From an uncultured Gemmatimonadales bacterium (lineage in GTDB: Bacteria > Gemmatimonadota > Gemmatimonadetes > Gemmatimonadales > GWC2-71-9), in contig CAWGED010000005.1 in assembly GCA_963821525.1 (NCBI GenBank), positions 1-64,000 on the forward strand: DNA of 64,000 bases. Reading direction: 5' to 3'. The translations under genes were made by a program, and so were the position numbers. Numbering within the stretch: the first letter of the stretch is position 1; each line of letters opens with the position of its first letter. The notes under the pieces are model-generated. The model was not told where the DNA came from. It saw only the letters and a list, made by a program, of their open reading frames with translations, and searched no databases. Shown piece by piece: positions 20,083 to 31,866 of the stretch.

Positions 20083-21723
20083 GGGGTTCCCGAGATCGTG
20101 ATGACGCCGGATGCAGGAATCGTCGTAGTGAAGGTCTGGCCCGCCAGAATCGTCTGCACGGCGCCCACGGCGCCGGGCTGTGCGGCCGTCGAAAAGCTTA
20201 CCTGATAATCACCGGCCGGGAGACCACCGATATTCAGGGTTGCTGCCGCGCTGGTATTCGCCACCAGCACGAACTTCCCGTCTGGTCTCTCGAACGCGAC
20301 CGGCTTGATGGTCCCATTGGAGGACGTCGCCGCCACCCGCACCGCGCCACGCCGGATGTACTTCATGTACTGGCGAAGGTACCAGGCGCCTGGCTCCAAT
20401 GTGATCGCCCCGGTTGAGGGTGTCACAAGGATGTACTTGCTCTGTTTCGCGGTTGGATTGCTGGGGACCGGCCCGGCCAGGGTGTACCTCTGCCAAGCCG
20501 AATTGTTGGCCTGGGTGAGGTCATCATAAAGCTCGTTCTGGTCGGCGCCGATATGCTCGAGCATCGAGGTATTGGCCCCGAGTGAACTGCCCAGCTGCGC
20601 GATGTTCGGCAGGGTGTTGCCAGTCGGCGCGCCATAACGATGATAACTGATCTCGTCGAGTGACGTCGTGCCCGGCACTGCCATGACAGCGTTGGCGTAG
20701 CTCACCGTCTGGTTGGAATTGACCAGCGAAGGAGCGATGAATTTGATGCCGGTGAAACCCGCCGCCTGCATCCTGGTCCGGAGTGCCGCCCAGTCCTGTC
20801 CCAGTTCGGTGCCCGGTTATCTGCGGCTCTAGCATGAGCTCGAAGTACTGCGGGGTCAGGTTGAAGGTGGAGCGGAGATGCTCCAGCACGGTGACCCCAA
20901 ACTCGGCATACTCCGCCGGGTTGGCCCGGACCGGGGCGCAACTGCATCTGCATGCAGACGATATTCAGGTTGAGCAGGAAGTCGGCCCCTGCCCGCTGCT
21001 TGAGCGGAAGCACCCATTTCGTCACGACTTGATCGAACTCAGTCCAGCGGAATCCCGCCGGCGTTCGTGCTGTTGGGGTCAGCGTTGTCATTCTTCCACA
21101 GGAAGGGCGAGTCGGGGTTTCCGCTCGGCGTGCCGTCGGTTTCGATGTTGTTCCACGTGGCTTGCAACCGGATCCGATTGATCCCCAGCTCATTAACAGC
21201 GAGGTGGGTGACCGAATCGGCCAACGCCGTGCTGTAGGAATAGGGCGGGTCGGCCGAATTGGTCGAAGCGACTTCCCACGCCTCCCAAGTCTGGAAGGTC
21301 TGGGCCGGATTGACCGTCACATTGGGTGGGTTGTTGTTCCCGGTCACGATGGTAACCGTGGCGGACTGCTGATGACTCCCCGCGCTGACCGAAAGGGAGA
21401 AGATCCCGGTCGAGGAACCGGCCGTGAACAGTCCTGCGGTATCGGCCGCCGTGCTGGTGGATTGGCGGGTACCGCCGTTTACGCTCCAGTTGAAGTCGGG
21501 GCAGGCCACCGGAATGCCTTGTATGTCGCGGCAGGATGCCACAAATAGCTCGGTCCCCGATGGCGACATAGTCACTGTGGCAGGGGTCAAAGCGATCACC
21601 GCGAGCTGGCCCGGGCTGTATTCCGATCGCATCCGAGCTGGTTCCAGCGCAGCCCAGACCGAGCAGCAGAAGCGCCGCAAGTTGGCCTGCTCCATACCGA
21701 TAGGGCTTGTAAGCAACGTCCAT
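20079..21723 (-). CDS. Lipoprotein with Ig-like domain and GH30-like domain, frameshifted; paralogue of 18753-20082
   Basis: Lipobox LGLG-C; ALTPATVT..FNWSV..GLFTAG Ig-like stretch; FQTWEAW, MLEPQ, EISYHRY, MLEH, QYMKYIRRGAVRV, VAFERPDGKFVLV. Confidence 0.65.
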
Positions 21724-21803
21724 GTGGTATTTTCCTTGCTGCTGGCCGCCTGGATCGCTGAATCGCCTGAGGCGGCACTAACACAATTCATGCCCGGGTC
21801 CGA

Positions 21804-22709
21804 ATGCCTGTGAGCGAGGTTACGACGGTTGACGCCAGTCTCCGCGATTGGCTCCGCCTCATTCGGCCGCAGCAGTGGATCAAGAACGCGTTCGTTCTGA
21901 CCCCGTTGCTCTTCTCCGGGAAGTTTCTCGACTTCCGCGCCGATCTGCGCGCCGGTTTGGCGTTCATCTCGTTCTGTCTCTTGGCCAGCGCGGTCTATAC
22001 CTGGAACGACATTCTCGACCGTGAGGGAGACCGGCAGCATCCGACCAAGAGACTCCGTCCAGTCGCCGCGGGCCGGATCGGCGTGTCGTCGGCGGGGTGG
22101 CTAGGAGCCGTCCTGGCAGCCTGTGGCTTGGCGGGGTGCGCCATTCTCGGCCCTCCGGTGCTGATCGTCGCCGTCGCATATCTGGCGCTGAATCTTCTCT
22201 ACTCCTTCCGGCTGAAACACATCGTTGTGCTGGACGTGTTCTGCGTCGCTGGGTTCTTTCTGCTGCGGCTGCTCGCGGGTGCGCGGGCGGTGGCGGTGGT
22301 GCCGTCCATCTGGCTCCTCCTCTGCGGCGGGCTCCTCACCCTCTACCTCGGCTTCGCCAAACGACGTCATGAGCTGGTCCTGCTGGGCAGCGGATCGTCC
22401 CAGCACCGGAGTGTCCTCGCGGATTACAGCCCGGCATTCCTGGATCAGATGTCCGGCGTGCTGCTCTCCGTGACGATCGTGGCCTATATCATGTACACGC
22501 TGTCGCCGGAGAAACTGGCGGAGATCGGCTCCCACCGCCTCACCTATAGTACCGGCTTCGTGCTTTACGGCGTCTTCCGCTACCTGTTCCTGGTTCACCA
22601 GAGGGAAGGGGGCAACCCCAACGACGTCCTCTTCACCGATCGAGCGCTTCTGGCGTCGGTCGTACTCTGGTTTCTCTACTGTTTCTGGGTGATCTATTCT
22701 CCGCGCTGA
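21804..22709 (+). CDS. UbiA-family prenyltransferase, decaprenyl-phosphate phosphoribosyltransferase (DPPR synthase)-like
   Basis: RPQQWIKN, WNDILDREGDRQHPTKRLRPVAAG, YSFRLKH, KRRHEL, GVFRY. Confidence 0.88.
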   Translation: MPVSEVTTVDASLRDWLRLIRPQQWIKNAFVLTPLLFSGKFLDFRADLRAGLAFISFCLLASAVYTWNDILDREGDRQHPTKRLRPVAAGRIGVSSAGWLGAVLAACGLAGCAILGPPVLIVAVAYLALNLLYSFRLKHIVVLDVFCVAGFFLLRLLAGARAVAVVPSIWLLLCGGLLTLYLGFAKRRHELVLLGSGSSQHRSVLADYSPAFLDQMSGVLLSVTIVAYIMYTLSPEKLAEIGSHRLTYSTGFVLYGVFRYLFLVHQREGGNPNDVLFTDRALLASVVLWFLYCFWVIYSPR

Positions 22710-22716
22710 GTCCGCC

Positions 22717-24103
22717 GTGGCCCGCAACTTCCTCGCGCTGGGCGGCGGGGAAGTGGCGGCCCGGGTCATCTCCTTCGGTGCGACGGTCTATCTGGCTCGC
22801 ACCGTGGGCGCGTCCGGGTATGGCCATATCGCCGTCGCGATGGCGGTCATGCTCTACCTCACGTATCTGACCGATTGCGGGGTGGAAGTGCTGGGGGTGA
22901 GGGAGGTCGCGGCTGCGCCGACGCAGATCGGGAAATTGGTTCCTCCGGTCTTATCGCTCCGCCTCGCTGTCGCTGCGACCACCGTCCTGATCATCACAGT
23001 TCTCGGCCTTACCGTACTTCCACAGCCTGATGGTGCGGTGCTGGCAGGCTACAGCCTGATTCTGCTAGCCGTGGGTGGCAACACTCGCTGGGTCCATCTC
23101 GGATTGGAGCGCGCAAGTTTCGCTGCGATGGCTCGAGCCGCCGGCGAAGCCACGATGCTCACACTCGTACTGCTTCTGCTCCGCGACGCAGGCGATCTCG
23201 GCCGGGTCCCACTGGCCCAGTTTACCGGCGACATGCTCGCCGCGATTCTACTGGCTTGGGGGTTGAGCCGATCGGTCACCGCCTCGTCATGCGGTGGGAC
23301 CTCCTGGAGGCCGGTCCCGTCGTACGGCAAGGATCCTGGCTGGTCGCCAACGCAATCGTAGGTCTCCTGATCTACAACTCGGACCTGATCTTCCTTCGGA
23401 TTTTCCGGACACCGCAGGAAGTTGGTCATTATGCCGCGGCTTATACTCTCATCAGCTTCCTCCTTAATCTGGGGATGACATACGGTCAGAGTCTGCTGCC
23501 AACTTTGACCCGCCTCGCCGAAACCTGCCGAGCAACGAGGGCTCTATCATGCCGCCATGGCTCAGGTTTTCGCCGGCGCTATGCCGGTGGCGGTTGGTGG
23601 GACACTCGTGGCCCGCGGCATACTGCACCTGGTCTTCGGCCCACGGTTCATCCCGCGACCGCCGCCCTCATCGTGCTGCTCTGGTCGATTCCTGTTGCCT
23701 TCTTCCGCAACGTCCCTCAGACGGCCCTCATCGCTGCCGGGCGGCAGGAGTGGGTCTTCCATGTCACCTTCGTTTCGGCGGTGCTGAATCTCGCACTCAA
23801 TGTCGCCTTAATCCCCCGCTGGGGCATGATGGGGGCTGCAATGGCCACGCTCGGCACCGAGATCGTCCGCACCGCGATCACCCTGCGTGGTGCGATTCGG
23901 GCGGGTTTCCCTCTGCCCTCCCCGGCCAGATTCTGGCGCGCCTCCAGTCGCTACCGTGGCGATGGTGGAGGCGCTGCTGGTCCTCCGGCCCGGCCCAGTG
24001 GTCGCCTCCATTCTTCTCGGGGCGCTTACCTATGGCGCGGTGCTGATCCTGGTCCGGGGAATCCGGGCTCCGGCGCGGCAAGCCTCCCGAACTCACCCTG
24101 TGA
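22717..24103 (+). CDS. wzx: Wzx-type oligosaccharide flippase, several frameshifts
   Basis: ARNFLAL..ARVISF..YLARTVGASGYG, DCGV, NSDLIFL..VGHYAAAY, LNLALNVALIPRWGMMGAA. Confidence 0.8.
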
Positions 24104-25119
24104 CCACCGTCTCGTCACGCGATTACCGGCTCAGTGCCGGCCATCCGATTTGGATGGCGCTCCGCATCGCACTGGGCCTTGGGCTGCTCATCTTCGTGCT
24201 GGAGAAGACCGGCGGCTGGAGGAGCGTCGCCCAGCTCTTCAGCGTGCCGTGGCTGGTGCCGGGATTCGTGCTGTTTACGCTGGTGGGGGCCGCGGTGGAG
24301 GCTCGCCGGCTCTCGCTGCTTCTCCGCTCACAGCGGCGCGAGCTCCCTTTCGCGCCAGCCTGACTCTGGTGGTCATCAGCGTCTTCTTCAGCCTGTGTAT
24401 TCCGGGGGGGACCGGCGGCGACCTCGATCAAACTCTACTATCTGGCCCGGGAGAATCCGGTCTCGTAGTATCGAGATGGCCACCGTCATCGTGGTTGATC
24501 GCGCGGTAGGCTTGTTCTCCATGCTGCTCCTGGTGGCTGTGCTGGGTCTGGTCCATTGGCGGCTGCTGCTGGGGGGAGGGCCGGTCGCGGTGCTCGCAAT
24601 CGCAGCGTTCACCGGGCTTCTGCTGGTGGTCGTGCTCGCCGCGCTGTCTTGGTCTTCCTCGGTCCGCGCGGTGCCGCTTGTATCGCTGGCTTACGACCCG
24701 GGCGCCGTTTCACCGCGTGATGGCTCGAATACTCGACGCGCTGCACGAGTTCCGCACCCATAGGGACGCGGTGTTCCGCGCGGTGGTCTTTTCCACCCTG
24801 GGGCAGTTGGCGCTTGGCCACCGCGTTTGCCGCGGCCGGGAACCGTCCTGGTGCCGGGCTGCCCGGTACTGCTCACTCCGTTTCCTCTCGCTGCTTGGAC
24901 TGGTGGCCAACTGGGTGCCGCTCACTCCGGGGGGCTTGGGTGTCGGCGAGGCGGCGTTCGCCGGCCTGTTCCGGCTGCTTGGGTTTCGCCGGCGGCGAGA
25001 AGCTGCTGTTCGCCTGGCGGGTGGGCATGCTGCCGCTGGCGATCCTCGGCGCGCTGCTCTACATCCTCCGGTTCCGCCGTCGGGTTGTGCTGGCCGGCCC
25101 CGATTCGAGCGCGCCGTGA
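24100..25119 (+). CDS. UPF0104/lysylphosphatidylglycerol-synthase TM-domain (AglD2-like) putative lipid-linked sugar flippase, frameshifted
   Basis: IPGGTGGD..KLYY, VDRAVGL, PLTPGGLGVGE; highly hydrophobic. Confidence 0.8.
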
Positions 25120-26187
25120 GCCCGAATTCGACCGGCGGGCTCACTGTTCGCACGATCAGCGAGGCCGACGCTGCGGCCTGGACTGCATTCCTGGAACGGC
25201 ATCCCGGGGCCACGCTGTACCAGACGCTGCCCTGGCGGGATGTCATACTCGGAGGTCTTCGGTCACCAGCCTCATTACCTGCTCTGCGAACGAGCGGGCA
25301 GCCGGTGGGTGTGCTCCCGCTCTTTCTGGTCCGGTTTCCCTTCCTCGGGTCGAAGCTCATTTCGCTGCCGTACGATGTGGGCTCCGGTGGTCCGCTGGGC
25401 GATGCCGTCGCGGAAACCGCGCTGGTGGACCACGCGATCGAGCTGGCCCGGCAGCTCAAGGTCGGCTTCCTGGAGTTCCGATGTGGCGCTGCGCTTCAAG
25501 GGGAAGTCCAGCCGGCGCTGATCCGGAGCGAGCCGGTCGTCATTTCCGACATGGAGCTCGATGCGCGTGACAAGGTCTGGGCCAGGGTCAGCACCGACAA
25601 CCGGCAGTCGATCCGCAAGGCGCAACGCCGGGGTGTCATTGTGCGCGAGGCCCAGAGTCTGGAAGATTTTCAGGCCTTCTACGCCGTGTACCTCTGCGCC
25701 TTCCGTGAATTCGGCACGCCTCCCTACGGCGAGCGCTACTTCCCCGCCGTGTGGCGCCGGCTGTCTCCCTCCAAAGCGGTGCGGTTGTTGTTGGCCGAGG
25801 TGGAAGGGCGGGTGGTCGGGGGCCTGTTGCTCTACTGCTGGCAGAAGAACCTGGTGAGCAAGTTCGCCACGGCCCTGCCCGAGGCGGTGCCGCTCAGGGC
25901 CTACGCCGCATTGTACGGCCGCGCCATCGATCTCAGCCTCGAGATGGGTGCGGAGCGCCTGAGCTGGGGTACCTCCTCGCGTCAGCAGCAGGGTTTGATC
26001 GAATTCAAGGAACGCTGGGGCGCCACCAGCCGTCCCGCGGTCTTTTATGATCTGGCCGTCCGGCGGCGGCCGCCCTCCATCGAGGCGTATTATGATTCCG
26101 AGGGCGTGACCCGGAAAACATGGCGCCGATTGCCGCTTCCGGTCACCCGGGTCTTGGGTGGGCTGGATCAACCGTTGGTTCTGCTGA
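25116..26187 (+). CDS. FemAB-like GNAT acyltransferase (XrtA/PEP-CTERM-locus type)
   Basis: WTAFL..ATLYQ..W, GVLPL..SKLISLPY..GG, RQSIRKA, REFGTP, WGTS..GLIEFKERWGA, WRRLP. Confidence 0.8.
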
Positions 26188-27006
26188 TGCGCGGCGGCCT
26201 TCCGGAGCAATAGAAGGTGTTTCGGGCGCCGATGTCGAGGAAGGTGGCGGCATGGACCAGCGACTGTTTGCGCTCGATGTCGAAGCCGATCCGGCGAGCA
26301 CGATCTTCGAAAGTCGTCGTCGCTGGTGAAATTGAACACGTGGTCGAATTGCGGGATATTGGTCGCGGTGGTCGCCACGACCCTGCCCTCGGGTTCCAGG
26401 GCGTCATGACAATCTTCCAGCAGCCGGTAGGGCTCGTGCACGTGCTCCAGCAGCTCGATGGCCAGAACGGTGTCGAACCGGCCAGCGCCGCGCTCGAACG
26501 CCTTGCGATGAAACCGGGCGCGCCGCATGGTGCCGCGCCATGACTTCGTCGATTGTCAGGTCGTAAACATCGATCTCCCGGGCGCGCCCGCTGAGCAGGT
26601 GCAGCTCCAGGCCAGGGCCCGCACCGATGATCGCCGTCCGACCCAGGGAGAACTCCAGTTCGTCGAGGGCCTTGAAGATCTGGAACCGGTGGCCGCTCAC
26701 CAGGACCGAGAGCAGAAGCGCCGCATCGTAGGCCACCCTGTCGGGTGCCGGGGGCGGCGCGCTCGTCATGTTCGAGCGGGTAGCGTCCGGTTTCCTTGAA
26801 CCGCTTCATGTCGTCGGTATAGCGGGCGATAAACCCGTGGTATTCCCGCAGAAAACCTGCTCCGAAAGCCCCCGCAGGCCGCAGAAGATGTCGATGTATC
26901 GATCGATGCGCTCCGCTAGCGACCGGTCCGGCGCCGAGGCGTGCTTGAGAATCTCCGCATGACTGATGCGGAGTCTCCGGTCCTGACGGCCGATCGCCTC
27001 GATCAT
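26168..27006 (-). CDS. Class I SAM-dependent methyltransferase, several frameshifts
   Basis: IIGAGPGLE (motif I), DVYD, FDTVLAIELLEHV, LEPEGR assembled from overlapping minus-strand ORFs. Confidence 0.7.
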
Positions 27007-27038
27007 GTCGCACCCTTTGTCGATTCGCTGACCACGTG

Positions 27039-28812
27039 ATGGAACGAGTTACCTACGCCCAGGCGCAGGCGTTGAGAGACGAGCAACTGGCGGGCCTTCC
27101 TCCGCTCCGGATCGCCCTGCTCGCCAACATTGTCGTCAATCCCCTGGTGGCGTTCCTGCGCCACGCGGCGTATCGCCTGGGTTTCCGGGGCGAGTGCCGC
27201 ATCGGCCAGTACGACAACGTGCTGCAGGCAGCGCTCGGGAGCGAACCCGGCCTGCTCGGGCCCGAGACCGACGTCGTGCTGGTGTTCCTCAAGCTGGAAA
27301 CGCTTTCTTGGCCGATGGCTCGCGGGGTTCCCCGGTCTTACGCCCGACCAGCTGCAGGCCGAGCTGGAACGGGTCAAGACGTACGTTATCGACGTACTTG
27401 CGGGAATCCGGCGCCAGACTTCCGCGCTGATCCTCTGGTATGGGTTCGAGCGGCCGCTCTATCCTGCCCTGGGCATCGCGGATGCGCAACGTCCCGACGG
27501 CCAGTCAGGACGATCGAGACTCTCAACACCGCCGTCCGCGATGCCTGCAAGCCCATGCCGGGGCCTACTGGATCGACGCCGATGCCTGTCTGGGACGAGT
27601 CGGGGAGAAGGCGTACTACGATCTGCGCTACTGGCATATCGGCAAGGCGCCGTACTCCCTGGCTGCGGTCCGGGAGATTGCCGACGAGATCGTCAGGTTC
27701 GTACGCGCGCTCAAGGGAAGGAACAAGAAGGTCCTGGTGCTCGATTGCGACAACGTCCTCTGGGGCGGTACCATCGGCGAAGACGGGCTCGAGGGCATTC
27801 GGCTGGGGCACACCTACCCCGGGTCGGCCTACCGCGAATTTCAGCAGGAAGTCGTGAATCTGCACGGCCGGGGAATCGTGCTGGCGCTGTGCAGCAAGAA
27901 CAACGAAGCCGATGTGTGGGAGGTGTTCGACCGGCATCCTGATATGGTACTCGCAGCGGAGACATCTCGCGGCGGCACAGATCAACTGGGAGGACAAGGC
28001 GACAAACCTGCGACGCATCGCCGCCGAGCTGAACCTCGGCCTCGACAGCCTGGTCTTCGTGGATGACAGCGACTTCGAAGCAAATCTCATCCGGCAGCTA
28101 TTACCCGAAGTCGAGGTGCTGCGGGTGCCTTCGGACACCGGGGTGGAGCACCGTACGCCTGCTGGCCAGCTGTGGCTGGTTCGATACGCTCACCCTGTCG
28201 GCCGAGGACCGCGAACGCGGCGCCGCCTACCAGGCGGAAGCAGAGCGGCAACGGCTCCGCGGTGGGCAGCGACGACCTCGAGACCTATTACCGGTCGCTC
28301 GAGATGGTGCCGGAGATCCGGCTGGCCGATCCCCTCACCATCCCGCGCATCGCGCAGATGACCCAGAAGACCAACCAGTTCAACCTTACCACGCGGCGCT
28401 ACTCGGATGAGGAGATCTCCCGGCTCGCCGCCAGCGACTCGGCCGACGTGATCTGGCTCCGGCTGCGCGATCGCTTCGGAGATGCGGGCATCGTCGGAGT
28501 CTGCATCCTGCGCTATGAGGACCGGCGGGCCATCTTCGATACCTTGCTGCTCTCCTGTCGGGTGCTGGGCCGCGGGGTGGAGGACGCCTTCTGGCCCATT
28601 GCCTGCGGCGCGCGGCGACCCGGGGCTGTGAACTCGCGGTCGGAGAGTACCGCCCCACCCAGAAGAACGGCCAGGTGAGCGACTTCTTCCCCGCCGCGGA
28701 TTTGCGCCGCTGCCGGGCGATGGAGACGGCCAGCGCTTCAGTGTCGAATTGCCGGCAAAGCTCGAAGCCGCCGGGGTTCTTCGCCCGCATCGAATCGGAG
28801 CTGGTCCCCTGA
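27039..28812 (+). CDS. fkbH: FkbH-like HAD-IIIC glyceryl transferase/phosphatase, frameshifted
   Basis: KKVLVLDCDNVLWGGTIGEDG, CSKNN, INWEDK, FVDDS..E, QMTQKTNQFNLTT, DRFGDAGIVG, LLSCRVLGRGVE. Confidence 0.9.
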
Positions 28813-28831
28813 GTGTCGCCATGGAGGATCG

Positions 28832-29655
28832 ATGAGCCTGCGTGACCGTGTGATCCGGGTAACCAGCCAGGTGTTGAACCTGCCGGCCGAGTCGATCACC
28901 GATGACTCCTCACCCCGCACGGTCGAGGGTTGGGATTCACTGGGCCACATGAATCTCATGCTCGCTCTGGAGGAAGAATTCGGCGTGCAGCTCAGCGATG
29001 AGCGGATCCTGCAGCTCCTCAGCGTGGGAGCCATTCTCCAGGCGCTCGGGGAGCTGTCGGGCCCGGGGCGAACCATGCCTAACATCCGGCACATTCTCTC
29101 GCACTATCGCTTCAAGGAAGTCGTCGTCCGCTTGGCGGAGGAATATCTCTGGTGGCTGATCCGGAGCCTGCCGGGGTTCGAAGGCGTATGGTTGCGCTAC
29201 CTGTTTCTCAAGTTGACGACCAGGCGGCTGGACGGGTTCTGCTGGATCAGCCAGGGCTGCAGCATCGCGAACAGCTTCGGGCTCTCGATCGGTACCAAGT
29301 TCGCGACCAACCGGAACTGCACCATCGACGGAATCGGCAGGATCGAGATTGGGGACAACACCGGCATCGGACCCAACTGTGTGATCCAGTCGCAGGAACA
29401 CACGATGCTCAACGAGGAGGGGCATTTCGGCGAGGAGGCGTACCGCCGCCGCCCCATTACCATCGGGTCCAATGTGTGGATCGGTTCCAACTGTTACATC
29501 AAGGCTGGGGTGACCATCGGAGACAACGCGTGGTCGGGGCCTGCTCCAATGTGGTATCCGATGTGCCGGCCAACGGCCGGGTGATTGGCGTCCCCGCCCG
29601 ACCCTACGTGCAGGCCATGCGGGACCTGCTGACCGGTTATCGACAGTCGCCATGA
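28832..29655 (+). CDS. Acyl carrier protein read in frame into a left-handed beta-helix (hexapeptide) acyltransferase; C-terminal frameshift
   Basis: GWDSLGHMNL phosphopantetheine motif; hexapeptide repeats IEIGDNTGIGPNC, ITIGSNVWIGSN, VTIGDN; tail VVGACSNVVSDVP..GVPAR; internal ATG at 29075. Confidence 0.85.
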
Positions 29656-29680
29656 CCTTTCCTTCGAAGAGGCTCCACTG

Positions 29681-31866
29681 ATGAAGGCCGTGACCCAGGA
29701 CATGCAGAGCGGTGGATTGGCCGTGGCAGACGTCCCGCCCGCGCTGCAGCCGGGCGGTATGCTGGTGCGGGTCCGACGGTCGCTGATCAGTCTCGGCACC
29801 GAGCGGGCGATCATCGCGCTTGCCAAGAAGGGGCCGATCGGCAAAGCGAAGGACCGGCCCGACCTGGTGCGCAAAGTGATGAACCGCGCCAAACAGGAAG
29901 GACTGTGGAACACCTACCAGGTGGTGAAGAACCTGATCAGCTCGCCGATCCCGCTGGGCTACTCCTGCGCCGGTGAAGTGATGGCGGTGGGGCGGGAGGC
30001 CGGAGAATTCCAGGTGGGTGATCGCGTGGCCTGCGCCGGGCTCAATTTCGCCAATCACGCCGAGGTGGACTACATCCCGCGCAACCTCGCGACCGGATCC
30101 CGGACGAGGTCTCCTACGATTCGGCCTGCTTCGTCGCGCTGGGCGCGATCGCGATGCAGGGAGTGCGGCTGGCCCAGATCGAATTCGGCGAGACGGTAGT
30201 GGTGCTGGGGCTCGGGCTGGTGGGCCAGATCGCCGCGCAGCTCGCGCGCTGTGCCGGCGCCACCGTGTTGGCTTTGATCCCGAGCCGGCCAAGGTGGAGC
30301 TGGCCCGCGAGCTGGGAGCGCACCACATCGCCACGAGGCCGAAGAGCTCGCGCCTGGTGCAGGACATCACCGACCGCCACGGCGCCGACGCCGTACTGGT
30401 CTGCGCCGCAACCAAGTCGGACGGGCCTCTGCGCAGGCCGCGGAGGTTTCGCGTCTCAAGGGACGCGTCGTCATCGTGGGGGACGTGGGGCTGCAAGTTG
30501 AGCGGCGGCCTTTCTTCGAGAAGGAGCTGAACCTCGTCGTAAGCCGGTCCTACGGGCCGGGCCGCTACGAACCGGCTACGAAGTGCACGGCATCGATTAT
30601 CCGCTGCCCTACGTCCGTTGGACCGAACGCCGCAACATGGCCTCGTTCCTGGATCAGATCGGCCGCGGGGCGATCGCCGTGGAGCCACTGATCACCCAGC
30701 GCTATCCGATCGCGCAGGCGGAGACCGCGTACGAGGTCGTGACCGGCGAACGCAAAGAGCCGGCGATCGCGATCGTACTCGCGTATGAGGGCGGGCTGGA
30801 CCCGGCCAGCAAGGTCATGATACCGCCCGTCCCGCCAGGCCCGAACCGGCACGATCCGGCTCGGCGTGATCGACGCCGGGCAGTTCGCCAAAGGCATCCT
30901 GCTTCCCGGTTTCTGCGCAAGGAGAGAGGTCAGATCGAGGCCGTTTGCACGGTCTCCGGGTTCACCGGCGGCACTCGGCGGATCGTTACGGGGCGAGATT
31001 CTGTACCAGCGATCCGGCCGAATTGCTCAAGATGCGGCGATCAATGCGGTGCTCATCGCGACCCGCCATAACCAACATGCCCCCCTCACCCTCGCGGCGC
31101 TCGCCGCCGGAAAAGCGGCCTTCGTCGAGAAGCCGCTGGCGCTCACCGAGGATCACTGGTGGAAGTCGAGGCCGCGGCACTGAACGACGCCTCGCCGGAC
31201 AGCTGATGGTCGGCTTCAACCGGCGGTTTTCTCCGCTCGCCGTGAAGTGCCGCGACTTCTTACAGAACCGGCAGGAGCCGCTGTTTTCAGCCTGCTGTAT
31301 CGGGTCAACGCCGGTCGGCTTCCCGCCGATAGCTGGGTCCGCGATCCCGTCGATGGCGGCGGCCGGATCATCGGCGAAGTGTGCCATTTCGTCGATCTCT
31401 GTCTTACATGACCGGCTCCCTCCCGGAGCGGGTATTTGCCGAGAGGTGAAGTCGGCCGCCATCGGCTGGGCGACGTGAGCCGATGAGCATCACCATCAGG
31501 TTTACTGATCACTCGATTGCCACGATCCAGTACTTCAGCAATGGCGATACCAGCGTGCCGAAGGAGTATTTCGAGTATGGCGGCGGCCAGTCCGCCGTGG
31601 TGGACAACTACCGCAGCCGCCGACCTGCACAGCGGTAACAAACGCAAGCGCCGCAGGGGCTTGATCAACCAGGCCAAGGGCCATGCCGAGGAAATTGTCG
31701 CGTTCGTGAAAGCCGTAAGCACCGGCGCGGAAATGCCCATCGATATCCCCACATTGATCGCCGTTACCCAGACCACTCTACTGATTCATCGCAGCCTCGG
31801 AAACCGGAGTGCCGGTGAGAATGTCAACCGCCGCAGCGCGGAGCAGACGAGGTGGAGTAGCGATGA
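29681..31866 (+). CDS. Bi-domain oxidoreductase (MDR/Zn-ADH-like + Gfo/Idh/MocA), many frameshifts, end approximate
   Basis: SLISLGTE, PLGYSCAG, GLGLVG, SRSYGPGRY, YVRWTERRN, IATRH, FVEKPLA, VGFNRRFSP, GGRIIGEVCHF, KGHAEE. Confidence 0.85.

Noticed and set aside
28937..30688. Long antisense ORFs (also 11251-13011, 25275-26528 in part, 53260-54603, 54790-55866, 56618-57619)
   Set aside because: Shadow frames opposite well-supported genes in GC-rich DNA, with no motifs
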